From a virus (lineage: Duplodnaviria > Caudoviricetes): a DNA stretch of 64,000 nt. Each line of letters begins with the position of its first letter. Positions within the stretch are counted from its first letter, which is position 1. Position numbers and translations under genes: made by a program. The stretch is taken from IMG/VR virus record IMGVR_UViG_3300042922_001473. One strand, 5' to 3'. Under the pieces are notes generated by a model. It was not told where the DNA came from. It did no database searches and saw only the letters and a program-made list of their open reading frames with translations. Shown piece by piece: positions 39,526-49,986 of the stretch.

Positions 39526-40194
39526 ATGGAAAATTTAAAATCTATTAAAAGACTTGAAAAATTTCATAACGGAGGTTTAATAGCAGATACTTTTACATTA
39601 TTATCAATTTTACTTATTAAAGACTTACGTTCAAAACTTATATTAGTAGCTTTTTTTATTACTTTTACAGCATTTTTATTTATAACTAAATCAGAGATAA
39701 AAAGCATGAGAGAAGAAAGGGTAAGAAGACGCAACAACTTTAATAAAATAACTCAGGCTTATAATGAATGTATGAGTATGCTTTATTACATTGAACAATT
39801 ATATATAAGCAATGGTTATAGCGTAGAAAAGATACCAAGTCTTAATAAATTGCATAAGGAACTCAGCAATTGTCATTTTCCTGAAGACTTTATTTCTCTT
39901 CAAGAAAAATTGAATATAGAATTTGAAGATGCTCTTAATTTTATATATTCAAAAAAGAGAAAGTCCAAAGAAGATACAGTTAGTGATTCTGAGAAAGAAA
40001 GTTCAGTAGTAAAGTATTTAAGAATATTAGGATTAAATGAAGATACTTCTAATTCTTCAGACATTAAAAAAGCATATATAAAGATGATTAAGAAATATCA
40101 TCCAGATTTTAATGGTAATTCTATAGAAGCAACAGAAAAATCAAAAGAAATAAATGATGCTTATGACAATTTGCAAAATTACTTTTATGCATAA
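39526..40194 (+). CDS. membrane-anchored J-domain (DnaJ-like) protein
   Basis: N-terminal TMs; ILGL...IKKAY...YHPD...INDAYD. Confidence 0.85.
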   Translation: MENLKSIKRLEKFHNGGLIADTFTLLSILLIKDLRSKLILVAFFITFTAFLFITKSEIKSMREERVRRRNNFNKITQAYNECMSMLYYIEQLYISNGYSVEKIPSLNKLHKELSNCHFPEDFISLQEKLNIEFEDALNFIYSKKRKSKEDTVSDSEKESSVVKYLRILGLNEDTSNSSDIKKAYIKMIKKYHPDFNGNSIEATEKSKEINDAYDNLQNYFYA

Positions 40195-40257
40195 GGTTAA
40201 GGGAGATTTAATAATCTCCTTTTTATTAATTGAATAATTATTCCAGGAGGATTTATT

Positions 40258-40983
40258 ATGGCAATATTTTACCATATATCAACAGAATTAAATCATAATG
40301 GTCAGTTCGAACCAAGAATACCAGAACATAGACATAAGGATGCTGAGAATATAGAAATTAAAAGAGTATGTGTAGCTCCTTCCTTAGAGGATTGTTTAAC
40401 TGCAATTCCCAATGGAGGTATGAGACTTGAATCATATGATATTGATAGAAGAGGATACTTTTTAGTTATTACGATTGATACTGATAAATTAGGTATATCT
40501 TCACAGAGTATTATTACATCAGAAGAACTTTACGAAAAAGATTATGTTCGTGACGCTAACATAACAAATGAGCATTGGATTACTTGCTCTTTTACTGTCA
40601 GCCAGGAAGATATGTTTATCATCAAGCTAAATGGTTGGCAGGAACAAGTTTATGACGTATTACCACATTGTATTTATGCTATTGCAGATGAAAAATATGA
40701 AGGAGATTATTTTGAGGCATATGAAGAAGAATATGATAAAGGAGTTCCTTGTTGTACTGCGATAGAAGATTTAGATTATACATGCGAAAATGTAAATGCA
40801 GGTGAAGAAGTAAACTTAAGATATTATGATGATTTTGAACAGGAAGATATTCTTGATTTACTTAAAAATTATCCAGTTGAAACTATGGAAGTTTCTATTG
40901 ATGGAGTTTTATTTAAGGTAAAATCAAGTTGCAATTTAAAAGATTTATTCTTGTCACATTACAATATGTTAGGTTTTGTATAA
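40258..40983 (+). CDS. phage-type protein, possible ART-like fold (paralog of 44763-45491)
   Basis: FYHIS...FEPRIP...KRVCVA...DA..TNEHW. Confidence 0.65.
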   Translation: MAIFYHISTELNHNGQFEPRIPEHRHKDAENIEIKRVCVAPSLEDCLTAIPNGGMRLESYDIDRRGYFLVITIDTDKLGISSQSIITSEELYEKDYVRDANITNEHWITCSFTVSQEDMFIIKLNGWQEQVYDVLPHCIYAIADEKYEGDYFEAYEEEYDKGVPCCTAIEDLDYTCENVNAGEEVNLRYYDDFEQEDILDLLKNYPVETMEVSIDGVLFKVKSSCNLKDLFLSHYNMLGFV

Positions 40984-41046
40984 AGCAAAAAAAACACTTT
41001 ACGAATAATTCATAAAGTGTTTTTTTGTCTTAGCGAAGAGTGCTAA

Positions 41047-41256
41047 TTATACTAAAATATTAGAGTTTTCTAATATTCTTGTATCTATTAAATCATCATC
41101 TGCTATTACAAACTTATTAATTCCATTTTCTTTTAACACTATACATATTGCTCTTTTAATTTTATTTTCCAAATTTATTTGTTCAACAGTATTGTCATTA
41201 GGAAAAATGTATGTTATAAGCAAATTTCCCCTACCATTCTTATTTATACTACTCAT
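41047..41256 (-). CDS. hypothetical protein
   Basis: 69-aa ORF overlapping upstream stop. Confidence 0.5.
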   Translation of the reverse strand: MSSINKNGRGNLLITYIFPNDNTVEQINLENKIKRAICIVLKENGINKFVIADDDLIDTRILENSNILV

Positions 41257-41548
41257 ATTTTATCCTTTTTGTTAAATCCTTAAATCCAATACTAAGAAGC
41301 ATTTCAACCATTTTATTTATTGTAAGCACTTCCTTAGTTTTATCAATTTTAGCAAGCAACTCAATAAGCTCAGGCATCTCAGCTAAAGTACTCCATCCAT
41401 CATAATATACTTCAAGTCTTGGAAAAGGATTCCACCTAATAGCAAATTCGCCTTGTGTTCCTTTATCGTTTTCAGAATAAAATCCTATCATTATTTCATT
41501 TGAATAAGCTTCCGAATCTACAAGAAAACCTTTAATATATGTATCCAT
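41249..41548 (-). CDS. hypothetical protein
   Basis: GEFAIRW...LEVYYDGW...GFKDLT; GAGG RBS. Confidence 0.7.
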   Translation of the reverse strand: MDTYIKGFLVDSEAYSNEIMIGFYSENDKGTQGEFAIRWNPFPRLEVYYDGWSTLAEMPELIELLAKIDKTKEVLTINKMVEMLLSIGFKDLTKRIKYE

Positions 41549-41854
41549 AAATACCTCTTTTATTTATTTGATATATTATTATAGGCTATAAATTTAGAAA
41601 TATTTAGAAAAAATATATTTTTGTTTTTTAATTTTTGTTCATACTATACTTTGTTGTATCTATCATTACTTTGATGAAAAAATATGTAATACTAATTATT
41701 GCAACAATTCCACCAAAAGTTAATAATACCAAACTCATATTTTCAGACATATCAACTATCCTCCTTTTAAAAGTTTATAAAAAGATATAAAAAATGTTTA
41801 TAAAAAATATTTTTGCTCTTGAATAATCTATTTAATTTGTGGTATAATACATAA

Positions 41855-41940
41855 AAAGACACAGTTTCCTTTTTCAAGTTTGTACAAATTAAAAGTATTT
41901 CTTTATTAGTGAGCTATTCCCAGTAGCTCTATTTTTTTTT
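41855..41940 (+). ncRNA. candidate antisense sRNA (type I antitoxin)
   Basis: TG-G-TATAAT at 41843-41848, no ORF, GAGCTA/TAGCTC hairpin plus T-tract; convergent with 41929-42186. Confidence 0.5.
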
Positions 41941-42186
41941 GTTGCTTTTCTTATTGTTTTTCTTATTGCTTTTTTTGTTGCTTTTTTTGTTGCTTTTTTT
42001 GTTGCTTTTTTTATTCTTATCAATTTTCGTATGAGTTTCATATGTAGTAATACCAAGATTTATTTTTGAACTATGGTCTATTTGTGGAAATACACTTAGT
42101 TTTAAGCAAAGAATAAATACTGCTATAATCCCAATAAATGATATTATCCCTATAACGAAAATCAAAATTTTCAAAATTTCTATCAT
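41929..42186 (-). CDS. small TM protein with Lys-rich tail (candidate type I toxin)
   Basis: Hydrophobic N-terminal helix, (NKKS)n tail, GGAGG RBS in a self-complementary leader. Confidence 0.6.
   Translation of the reverse strand: MIEILKILIFVIGIISFIGIIAVFILCLKLSVFPQIDHSSKINLGITTYETHTKIDKNKKSNKKSNKKSNKKSNKKNNKKSNKKK
41932..42012. repeat. 12-bp tandem repeat (about 6 units) encoding NKKS
   Basis: ttgctttttttg units. Confidence 0.85.
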
Positions 42187-42439
42187 AGTATGTTCCTCCT
42201 TTGTACTTATTTCTCAAAATACGAGATTTATCTTATTAACTACAAGTTAACAATTGTAAGTACAAAACTTTCAGGACACTGTGTCTATTGGCATAAATTG
42301 TCTATAGAAGGAACATATCTAAGGGGAAAATTTAATTTGTACATTTTTAAAATCAATTTACATATATATTATAACATATTATTCCAAATTTTTAAAGAGG
42401 TACGTATGATTTTTTTTAAATATTTTTATAGATAAATTT

Positions 42440-42664
42440 TTTAGGTTTTAATTTTTAAATACAAACCTTGAGTTTCCCACTCCTAATGTATGCTTTCACA
42501 TGCAGTAGGAAAAACCTCTGGTATAGGATTAAATTTTTTCGCCAATTCTATTGAGTATATAATAACTTATTCTGGGATTTGTTCTGCACCATATCCATTC
42601 CAGTTGTGCTTCAAATCTTTAAAACCTTCAATCTTCTTAATTGATTCTTCTCTTTTTTATTCAT
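42440..42664 (-). pseudogene. decayed small phage-type gene
   Basis: MNKKREESIKKIEGFKDLKHNWNGYGAEQIPE* followed by broken frames; 3' boundary approximate. Confidence 0.5.
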
Positions 42665-42677
42665 AACTCCCCCACTT

Positions 42678-43457
42678 TTATTTAATACCTTTTATTTTTA
42701 CTTTAACTCCTGGTAAATCTTTAACTAATGCAAGTTCTTTTTCAAGATTATTAGCCATAATTTTTTTATTCCATAAATGATTGTTAATACCATATCCATT
42801 TTTATAATATTTAAGTGCCCCTAAATAATTTTCATATTTATCTGCGTTTAATAGAGTTATATAATAAACTGCTTTAATATCTATTTCATTTGCACTACAA
42901 ATGCTGACATTTTCCATATCTATAATCTTACTTAGAAACGCCTTCTCTTCATTTTCCATATCCATATTTATTATTTTTTCCCAGGATTGTTCAAGTGGAG
43001 AATATCTATATCCTCTTTCTTTTAGCTTATCTTTTATTTTATAACAGTTTCTCACTTTTACAGCAAGTTCATTATTTTTATAGCTTAAAAGAGGCACTTT
43101 CCAATTATTAATATCACCAAAATATTTTTCCAATCTAAATTTATCAGCATTATCACTAACTGCTATAATATCTTTCTTTGAAATAATGCCCATACCAATA
43201 GCATTAATCAGTAATAAATGCATTATCTCATAAAATTCTTTAGTATGGTCACTATCATATCTTATCATGCAATCAATATGATGACTTACCTCATGTATAG
43301 CAGTTGTTATTATATGATTTGTTGGGCGTGATAAATTAAATATCTCTATTTTCTTTTGTTTTAAATAATACCTTCCATGAATTGTTTTTCTTTCTTCTGA
43401 CTTTATTTCTATATCAAATTTTTTAAATTTATAATTTTTACTATCAGGATAAGCCAT
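42678..43457 (-). CDS. SprT-like HExxH metallopeptidase-domain protein
   Basis: TAIHEVSHH...H.KEFY; frame open to an ACG at 43502 after the RBS. Confidence 0.7.
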   Translation of the reverse strand: MAYPDSKNYKFKKFDIEIKSEERKTIHGRYYLKQKKIEIFNLSRPTNHIITTAIHEVSHHIDCMIRYDSDHTKEFYEIMHLLLINAIGMGIISKKDIIAVSDNADKFRLEKYFGDINNWKVPLLSYKNNELAVKVRNCYKIKDKLKERGYRYSPLEQSWEKIINMDMENEEKAFLSKIIDMENVSICSANEIDIKAVYYITLLNADKYENYLGALKYYKNGYGINNHLWNKKIMANNLEKELALVKDLPGVKVKIKGIK

Positions 43458-43819
43458 ATCTATAATATCTCTTAATATATTGTAAATCTTGTATGATAAC
43501 GTTTTAAATTCCCCCTTTTTTCTATTTTTATATTCTATGCTCTTGTATTTTTATTAATAAAGAAATAGTAATTAATAACATCTGATAGTAAAAATGAAAA
43601 AGCACTGAGAAAATTTTAATGGACTCTATTTCAGAGTCAAAAAACTTAGTTAAAATCACATCCGATTTTTAATGTAACTATTGGTGTTATTTTTTAATAA
43701 ATATCAAGTATAATATTAGAAAATATAAATTAGGGGTTTGTCATTTGACGAATATGTTGATTGCATTACGAACAATAAAATAGAAATTCTTCTATTTAGT
43801 TATAACAGTAAGGAGAAAA

Positions 43820-44170
43820 ATGAAAATGAAGGAAGTATTAATAGTAGGACAACACACTTTTGAGATAGTAGATTTTATTCCTTATGGTTATCATATTTGG
43901 AATATTGGAAAAAACATGAAAGAAGATTATTTACCTTTAGTACAACTTGGTGGGTATGATGGTTGTCAAGTTATTGGAATTATGAAGGCTTTACCTTTAA
44001 AAAATGCACAAAAAATACTAAGTGTAATTGGCGAAGGTAATAATACTCCAGGAAAAATGAAGGTTTGTATTGATAAATACGAGGTTAACGGCATAAACCA
44101 AGAGAAAACCGAAAAAATGAAAGAAGCATTGGAAATTATGCTTAAAATTAAAGGGATAGATAACCTATAA
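43820..44170 (+). CDS. hypothetical protein
   Basis: FEIVD.IP.GY.IWNIG; AAGGAG RBS. Confidence 0.7.
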   Translation: MKMKEVLIVGQHTFEIVDFIPYGYHIWNIGKNMKEDYLPLVQLGGYDGCQVIGIMKALPLKNAQKILSVIGEGNNTPGKMKVCIDKYEVNGINQEKTEKMKEALEIMLKIKGIDNL

Positions 44171-44404
44171 TCAGTAAAGTGAATATCTTTTCAACTAAAG
44201 TAATTCGTTTTATAATTCTATTGTAAACAAAATAACACAAAACGCAGAGAAAAATTTCTCTGCGTTTTTGCATATGATTTATTTAAATTAAATTAGTTAC
44301 AATTAAAAATTGTATGTGCATTTAACTATAAAAATAAATTTTGCACCTCAAAACTGAACCCTTTAAGAAAATTTCAGTGCTTTTAATATTATAGTATAAA
44401 GTTT

Positions 44405-44677
44405 TTAAATATTTAGTAGATTGATATTATTGTTATCGTATTTTTGACCTTTTCCTAACCAATAATCAAGAATTTCTCTCCTTCCATCTCTTGAATTAAG
44501 ACAATCTATTACGAAAATATCTATATGTTTGTCATTTTTGGGAAATTTAAATTTAGAAATCCCAACAACTTCAGAATATGATGTCTTAATTTTAAGGTGC
44601 TTAATAAATTCATCTATTTCCTTTTGTGTAACACCTGTTAACATTAAAGAATATCCATCTTCTTCTACAATAATCAT
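44405..44677 (-). CDS. hypothetical protein
   Basis: 90 aa; AAGGAG RBS. Confidence 0.6.
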   Translation of the reverse strand: MIIVEEDGYSLMLTGVTQKEIDEFIKHLKIKTSYSEVVGISKFKFPKNDKHIDIFVIDCLNSRDGRREILDYWLGKGQKYDNNNINLLNI

Positions 44678-44762
44678 TGTAAAAACTCCTTCCTTTATTT
44701 TGAAGTTAATAACTAATATCCATATTTCTTCTATTAGGATAACTAATCTTTTTATTTTTGTC

Positions 44763-45491
44763 TCAACTTACTTTTTTATAACAAGTACTTAGAATAATAT
44801 CTACAGAAGTAGCTCTTTCGTTACTTGATTTATCTTTCAAATATGACCTAAGAACACTCCATTTTAAATTACTAACTTTCTCCCAAACCTTGCCAATATT
44901 AACATTAGGAGGAGCTATTATTGTAATTTCATTTAGATTATCGTATTTAATAATGCAACCAGCTTTTTTAGCTAATCTACCTACAGATTTACATTCTTTA
45001 TCATTTAAAAGTTCATATACATATGTTCTTTCAAATGGTTCTATTGAATGTTCATATTCAATATTTTTAACCACATATTTTGACCTATATCCGAAACATT
45101 TATATTTCTTTAAAATAATATCCATATTTGTAATTCTTATAATTTCTTCTTTACATATTGCATCTTGGTTTATAACCCAGACCTCTTTCCCCATTAAAGC
45201 ATCAGGAACTAAGTTTCTTCTAACCAAGGAAGCTGAATTTATCAAATTTTCTTTACTTATACTGTTTTCGTCTAAACTGTATAAGTATATTATTGAAGGG
45301 AAATTTAAGCTCTTCTCAAATTGAATAAGATTTTTTGCTTTTAAAACACCTGATGGCATTGTAGTTAAAGCTCTATTTATGTTTGTAGAAAAACATATTC
45401 TTTTTATAGTTTTATCTTCTCCCTCTATTCGACATTTAGGTATTCTTGGATAAAACTTTTTTACTTTTCTTACAGAAAAATGATACAACAT
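44763..45491 (-). CDS. phage-type protein, possible ART-like fold
   Basis: LYHFS...FYPRIP...KRICFS...VPDA...EVW. Confidence 0.65.
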   Translation of the reverse strand: MLYHFSVRKVKKFYPRIPKCRIEGEDKTIKRICFSTNINRALTTMPSGVLKAKNLIQFEKSLNFPSIIYLYSLDENSISKENLINSASLVRRNLVPDALMGKEVWVINQDAICKEEIIRITNMDIILKKYKCFGYRSKYVVKNIEYEHSIEPFERTYVYELLNDKECKSVGRLAKKAGCIIKYDNLNEITIIAPPNVNIGKVWEKVSNLKWSVLRSYLKDKSSNERATSVDIILSTCYKKVS

Positions 45492-45507
45492 TTAATCACC
45501 TTCTTTT

Positions 45508-46248
45508 TTATTTCCAATAACAATATAAGCACTGATATTGGCAACCATAACCATTTTTATGAGTTGAGTATGTTAATAGTTCAGTTTTACTTGCTAAACA
45601 TAGACAGGTTCTTCTTTGACCTTTTAAAGTGTCATTATCTGTTTTAAGATTTAACAAATCCAAATCTTTTTTAGAAACACAACCAGTTTGTGATGCCTCT
45701 GTTAGATATGTTTCTGAACAGCTTTCAAAAACTAAATTCCGACTATCCTTCATTTCTTTTATTAAGCGATTTACTTCATTAAATTCAGATTTCATAGCTT
45801 GGAAATCTCCTGTAAATGGAACTGGAATGCCTGCAGTTTTAAATCTTTCTCTAACATGAGGGTACATATCTATAACGCTTATTCTAAATCTTTTCACATC
45901 ATTACTAATGTAATCAATTACGTTTTTTACATTTTCAAGACCTTTTTTTGTTGGAATAATCGGGTCGATTCTAATAACTATATTTTGACTTGGAAATCCT
46001 GAGTTTATCAACCTTTTGACCTGATATAATTGTTTTTTAAAATCGGGAATATTTGGTTCAACAATTGTTCCACCATATCCAGTGCAAGTCGCATGAAGTA
46101 TTACCTTATCTTTATATTTTAAAATTTCCTCAATAAATTTATCAGTTATATTTTTAGTTATTATAATAGCACCGTCTATTGAGTTCATTTTTTCTACCCA
46201 GGTATAATCTAAACTTGCATCTCCTGCTTCTGTTATTCCTATTTTCAT
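45508..46248 (-). CDS. DUF1848-like / spore-photoproduct-lyase-related Fe-S protein
   Basis: VEPNIP, RIDPII, SCSE, GC, QR..C.C and C-terminal CQYQCLYCY. Confidence 0.7.
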   Translation of the reverse strand: MKIGITEAGDASLDYTWVEKMNSIDGAIIITKNITDKFIEEILKYKDKVILHATCTGYGGTIVEPNIPDFKKQLYQVKRLINSGFPSQNIVIRIDPIIPTKKGLENVKNVIDYISNDVKRFRISVIDMYPHVRERFKTAGIPVPFTGDFQAMKSEFNEVNRLIKEMKDSRNLVFESCSETYLTEASQTGCVSKKDLDLLNLKTDNDTLKGQRRTCLCLASKTELLTYSTHKNGYGCQYQCLYCYWK

Positions 46249-46275
46249 ATATTAATTCTCCTTTGCTCTAAATTA

Positions 46276-46671
46276 TTACGATTCAAGAATATCTTTTATT
46301 CTTTTAAGCTTGTCTAATGATAATTTGTTTATATAATCTGAAAAGTAATTTTTCCTCAATTCATCATATAAAGCAATGCTTTCTTTTTCATCTAACGCAT
46401 TTTGACGTTTTGAAAATAGCTTATAGTTTGAACAACCTACTGTATAATGTTCTCTATAGTCATTAGCTACTACAAATTTCATATTTAAATTTTTATAAGT
46501 TCCATATTCTACAGTAATGAATTTTTTACCAACAGATATAACTTTACATTCTAAAAGCCATTCTCCTACATTTTCTAAAGTCATACCTTCTTTTATTCTA
46601 TGAAAAGCATTGCTTTTTTCTTCTACCATCATGTAAGCTATCTGACCTCTTATGAATTCTTGATTTTTCAT
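46276..46671 (-). CDS. phage-type beta-barrel hypothetical protein
   Basis: V..VGKKFITV...LSLDKL.RI. Confidence 0.7.
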   Translation of the reverse strand: MKNQEFIRGQIAYMMVEEKSNAFHRIKEGMTLENVGEWLLECKVISVGKKFITVEYGTYKNLNMKFVVANDYREHYTVGCSNYKLFSKRQNALDEKESIALYDELRKNYFSDYINKLSLDKLKRIKDILES

Positions 46672-46852
46672 ATATCTACTCCTTAATTAAATATTTTAAT
46701 ATAAAATTCCTTTTACATAATATTTTTATATTATAGTTGTTTTTTTATTGCATTATAAAAGCAGTTATAATCATTTATAACTGCTTTTATAATTTCTTAG
46801 TTCCTCAACATATGAAAATCTCTAAGCATTAAAATTTTAATACATATTTATC

Positions 46853-47194
46853 TTAACATTTAATATCTTCTACATAGCAATCAAATCTCCAATACGGGAA
46901 TCCATTTGATATATTTTTGCATTCAATGATACTAATTACTTTTACATTAACTTCTATATATTCTTTTAAAAATTCTTCTAATTCATCTTTATTTACATTA
47001 TTAAAGTATTGGCTTTCATTACCAAAAACTTTTTTATGACAACTATTATATTTTTTACTATCCCATTGGTATAGCCTATCGCTAAAATATGTTCTGTTTG
47101 GATTAATTCCCTCATAAAATTTTATAGGAACAATTTCAATATTACCATTACTATCCTCAATATAGTAATTATAATCATCAAGTATTTTATTCAT
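46853..47194 (-). CDS. hypothetical protein
   Basis: SDRLYQWD...N.SNGFPYW. Confidence 0.7.
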   Translation of the reverse strand: MNKILDDYNYYIEDSNGNIEIVPIKFYEGINPNRTYFSDRLYQWDSKKYNSCHKKVFGNESQYFNNVNKDELEEFLKEYIEVNVKVISIIECKNISNGFPYWRFDCYVEDIKC

Positions 47195-47395
47195 GCTGTT
47201 AACACCTTTCTTATTAATTTATATTAGTGTTTTCTTTTAACCATTATTTTCTCACTTTTTTATACTTACTTATTTCATTCTTTAAATAGAAAATAGCATA
47301 GCCATCAGTTGTTCTTCTTATAGCTATAATATTGTTATATTTAAACGGTAAATATTTCATTGTTAACCTATCGCATTTAATATATCTTACAAACA

Positions 47396-47647
47396 TCATG
47401 CCTCCAAATAAATTAAATATTTAATTTCATTTTCAAGATTTTTGATACAATCATGCATGGTGTAGCTAATATAAAAACCTTCTTTGTGTTTTTTATATTC
47501 TCTTATTATATCTTCTACTGAATAAGTATAATATCTACCTTTTATGAATTTAATGATTTTGTTAGTATTTTCCTGCTTAAAATATTCTTTTTGACCTTCT
47601 GCTGAATATTCATCATACAAATCAAGCATTCCGTTTCCACTACTCAT
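47396..47647 (-). CDS. hypothetical protein
   Basis: 83 aa; GAGGTG RBS. Confidence 0.55.
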   Translation of the reverse strand: MSSGNGMLDLYDEYSAEGQKEYFKQENTNKIIKFIKGRYYTYSVEDIIREYKKHKEGFYISYTMHDCIKNLENEIKYLIYLEA

Positions 47648-47662
47648 AGTCCCACCTCTTTA

Positions 47663-48286
47663 TTATCTAATTAGTTTATCATCAGGCACATTATGTTCAG
47701 ATAATAATTTCCCTTCTGATAGTGCCATATCATATATTTCTTTTGCGTTATCTGAAGTATAGTTTTCTAAAAAGGTTTCTCTATCTTCACCTTGAAGTTT
47801 ACTTACGAACCAAATCTTATCAACATCAAATTCCTTAGTTGCAATTACACTGCCTCTGTCATCGTAAGTATCAATTTGTAACCCTATTGCTTTATCAAAA
47901 TCAGCTTCTGTTTTTTTAATAGTTAATTCATTTACTAATTCAAATAAATTAGTCCTATCTAAAAGAAATTTTTCTTTTTCTTCTTTTGCATACTTTTCGA
48001 ATTTAATTAAATGGTAACGCTTTTTTTCTAAATCATTCTCTATAGAAGCTATTATTACATTTAACTGATTAATTCCTTTCATAATTAATCCTTTTGTAAT
48101 TGGAACAAATTCACACGTATCTTTGTCCTGAAATTTTTCAAGCCTTACTTTATCATCCTCAGTATAAATGCCAGCATGTGGAATAAATGCTGTATATCCC
48201 TTTTCATTTGCTTTCCACCATGTTTCTACATTGTTAATCCTTGTCCATTTATTACTTTTAATAAAATATTTTCCTGTTTTAAACAT
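47663..48286 (-). CDS. hypothetical protein
   Basis: WWKAN..GYT....AGIY phage motif. Confidence 0.7.
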   Translation of the reverse strand: MFKTGKYFIKSNKWTRINNVETWWKANEKGYTAFIPHAGIYTEDDKVRLEKFQDKDTCEFVPITKGLIMKGINQLNVIIASIENDLEKKRYHLIKFEKYAKEEKEKFLLDRTNLFELVNELTIKKTEADFDKAIGLQIDTYDDRGSVIATKEFDVDKIWFVSKLQGEDRETFLENYTSDNAKEIYDMALSEGKLLSEHNVPDDKLIR

Positions 48287-48413
48287 ATATAAATTTCTCC
48301 CTTTAATTTTATTTTGAATTTAAAATACCTTTTTTTATATCTCTTATATTATATTTACATTTTGAACAATTATAAAGAACTGTTAATGTAAAACAGTTCT
48401 TTATAAAACAGTA

Positions 48414-49046
48414 TTAGTCAAGATTTTCATTCTTAACTTTCTTTAATACACTTAATAGTTTAAAATACTTTTCTTGACTATCAATGCAATTAATAATAAT
48501 TCTTTTAAATTTCCCCTCTTTTCCGTAAAGCCAATTATCTAAGTCAAGTTCTTTATATATAGTCTCAGATACATAAACCTTTTTATAATAATCAATATCC
48601 GCTTCAACTTCATCAAGAGTATGATTTTTAATAATAAGTTGTTTAGAAGATAACTCCATTACCATATTAACAATATTTTCAAAGTAATCAATTCCATTCC
48701 AAGTATTATAATCATAATCACTATCGCTACTGTTTTGAAAACTTACCCATGTTTTAAACATTCCTTTAGCTGACATTGGGAAAACAGTTCCCGATACAGC
48801 TAAAATTTCTTTTTCTTCCCAATATATAAAAGAAATATTAAATAATTGATATAGCCACATTTTATCTAATTTAAATCCAATTTTAGTATTATCTGTTTCT
48901 TCCATATCATAAGATGGGATATCGTATTTACAATCATTAATAAATTCATATGAATTTTTAGTGCATTCATTTGTAAAGTTTAAACAAAAATCAAGAACTT
49001 CTTCTTTTTTCATATTTATAAAACCTAAACTAAATTTATAACTCAT
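48414..49046 (-). CDS. hypothetical protein
   Basis: FQNSSDSDYDY..W motif. Confidence 0.7.
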   Translation of the reverse strand: MSYKFSLGFINMKKEEVLDFCLNFTNECTKNSYEFINDCKYDIPSYDMEETDNTKIGFKLDKMWLYQLFNISFIYWEEKEILAVSGTVFPMSAKGMFKTWVSFQNSSDSDYDYNTWNGIDYFENIVNMVMELSSKQLIIKNHTLDEVEADIDYYKKVYVSETIYKELDLDNWLYGKEGKFKRIIINCIDSQEKYFKLLSVLKKVKNENLD

Positions 49047-49092
49047 TTATATACATCCCTTCATTTTATCATGTAAAATACTTTTACATTAT

Positions 49093-49986
49093 TCATATCC
49101 CTGGATTGTAATGCCCTTTTACTTTGTTACAGGCATTAGTGCAATCAAATTCTTTTAAATCAGCATTTAAAATATCTTCTGTTATTACAGGAATAAGTTT
49201 TTCTTTAACACTTTCAGTTTTCTTTAAAAGTGCTTCTTTTCCATCTTCTGTTTTTAACCAATCAATTGCTTTAAAATATAAATTCATCTTATCCACCGAT
49301 TCATTTTCAGCTAATTCATTCATTTTATCAGATATAGAGATATTTTTTGCTTGACTTAAAGCTCTATCTTCCAAGGACTTAATATTTTTAAGTATATTGT
49401 TTATGTTTAAATCTATAAAACTTGGCACTTCACCAACTAAAGTTGCAAGAAATCCGTTTTTTGAAGGAATTCCTATGCCAGGCAAAGCAACATCCCAATC
49501 TTTTTTCCTATTTTCCCATTGTTTCTTTGTAACCTTTTTTGGTTTCTCAACATTACTCCAATAGCCATAATATTTTACAAATTCAGAGTTTTCCCATATT
49601 TTTGCGTATTCTTCATTTTCACTATAAAATAAACATAATATTTTCCTATTACTTGGAATAAATCATATACTACATTCTATATCAAACGTAGGGTTTCGCT
49701 GTTCAGTTTTCTTAATTTTTTTATTTTTATCATAGATATTTAGATATGTATTAAAAAAAGCAGAATAATTTAAATATTTCTTATCTTTTTTAAATACATT
49801 TAAAAATTCTTCTTCACCTTTTAGCGTCAGTGTATCTATCATATTTACAGCTATTTGTGATATTAGTTCTTCAGTTATTTTAATTGATACTAATTTCATT
49901 TTTTGTCTTAAATCCATTGTAAAATCTTGAAGCTGTTTTAAATTCATACTCGGCAATTTATATCCATTGTATATTTTAGTACTCAT
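49093..49986 (-). pseudogene. single 297-codon gene with one in-frame TGA at 49663-49665
   Basis: ORFs 49663-49986 and 49093-49485 share a frame and the intervening DNA is open (FIPSNRK...YW.N...W..R..DW). Confidence 0.8.

Noticed and set aside
41030-41046. CIRCE (HrcA) element
   Set aside because: Only the GAGTGCTAA half-site with wrong spacing, located at convergent gene ends.
41932-42012. CRISPR array
   Set aside because: Contiguous 12-bp coding tandem repeat without spacers; no cas genes or arrays seen anywhere in the window.
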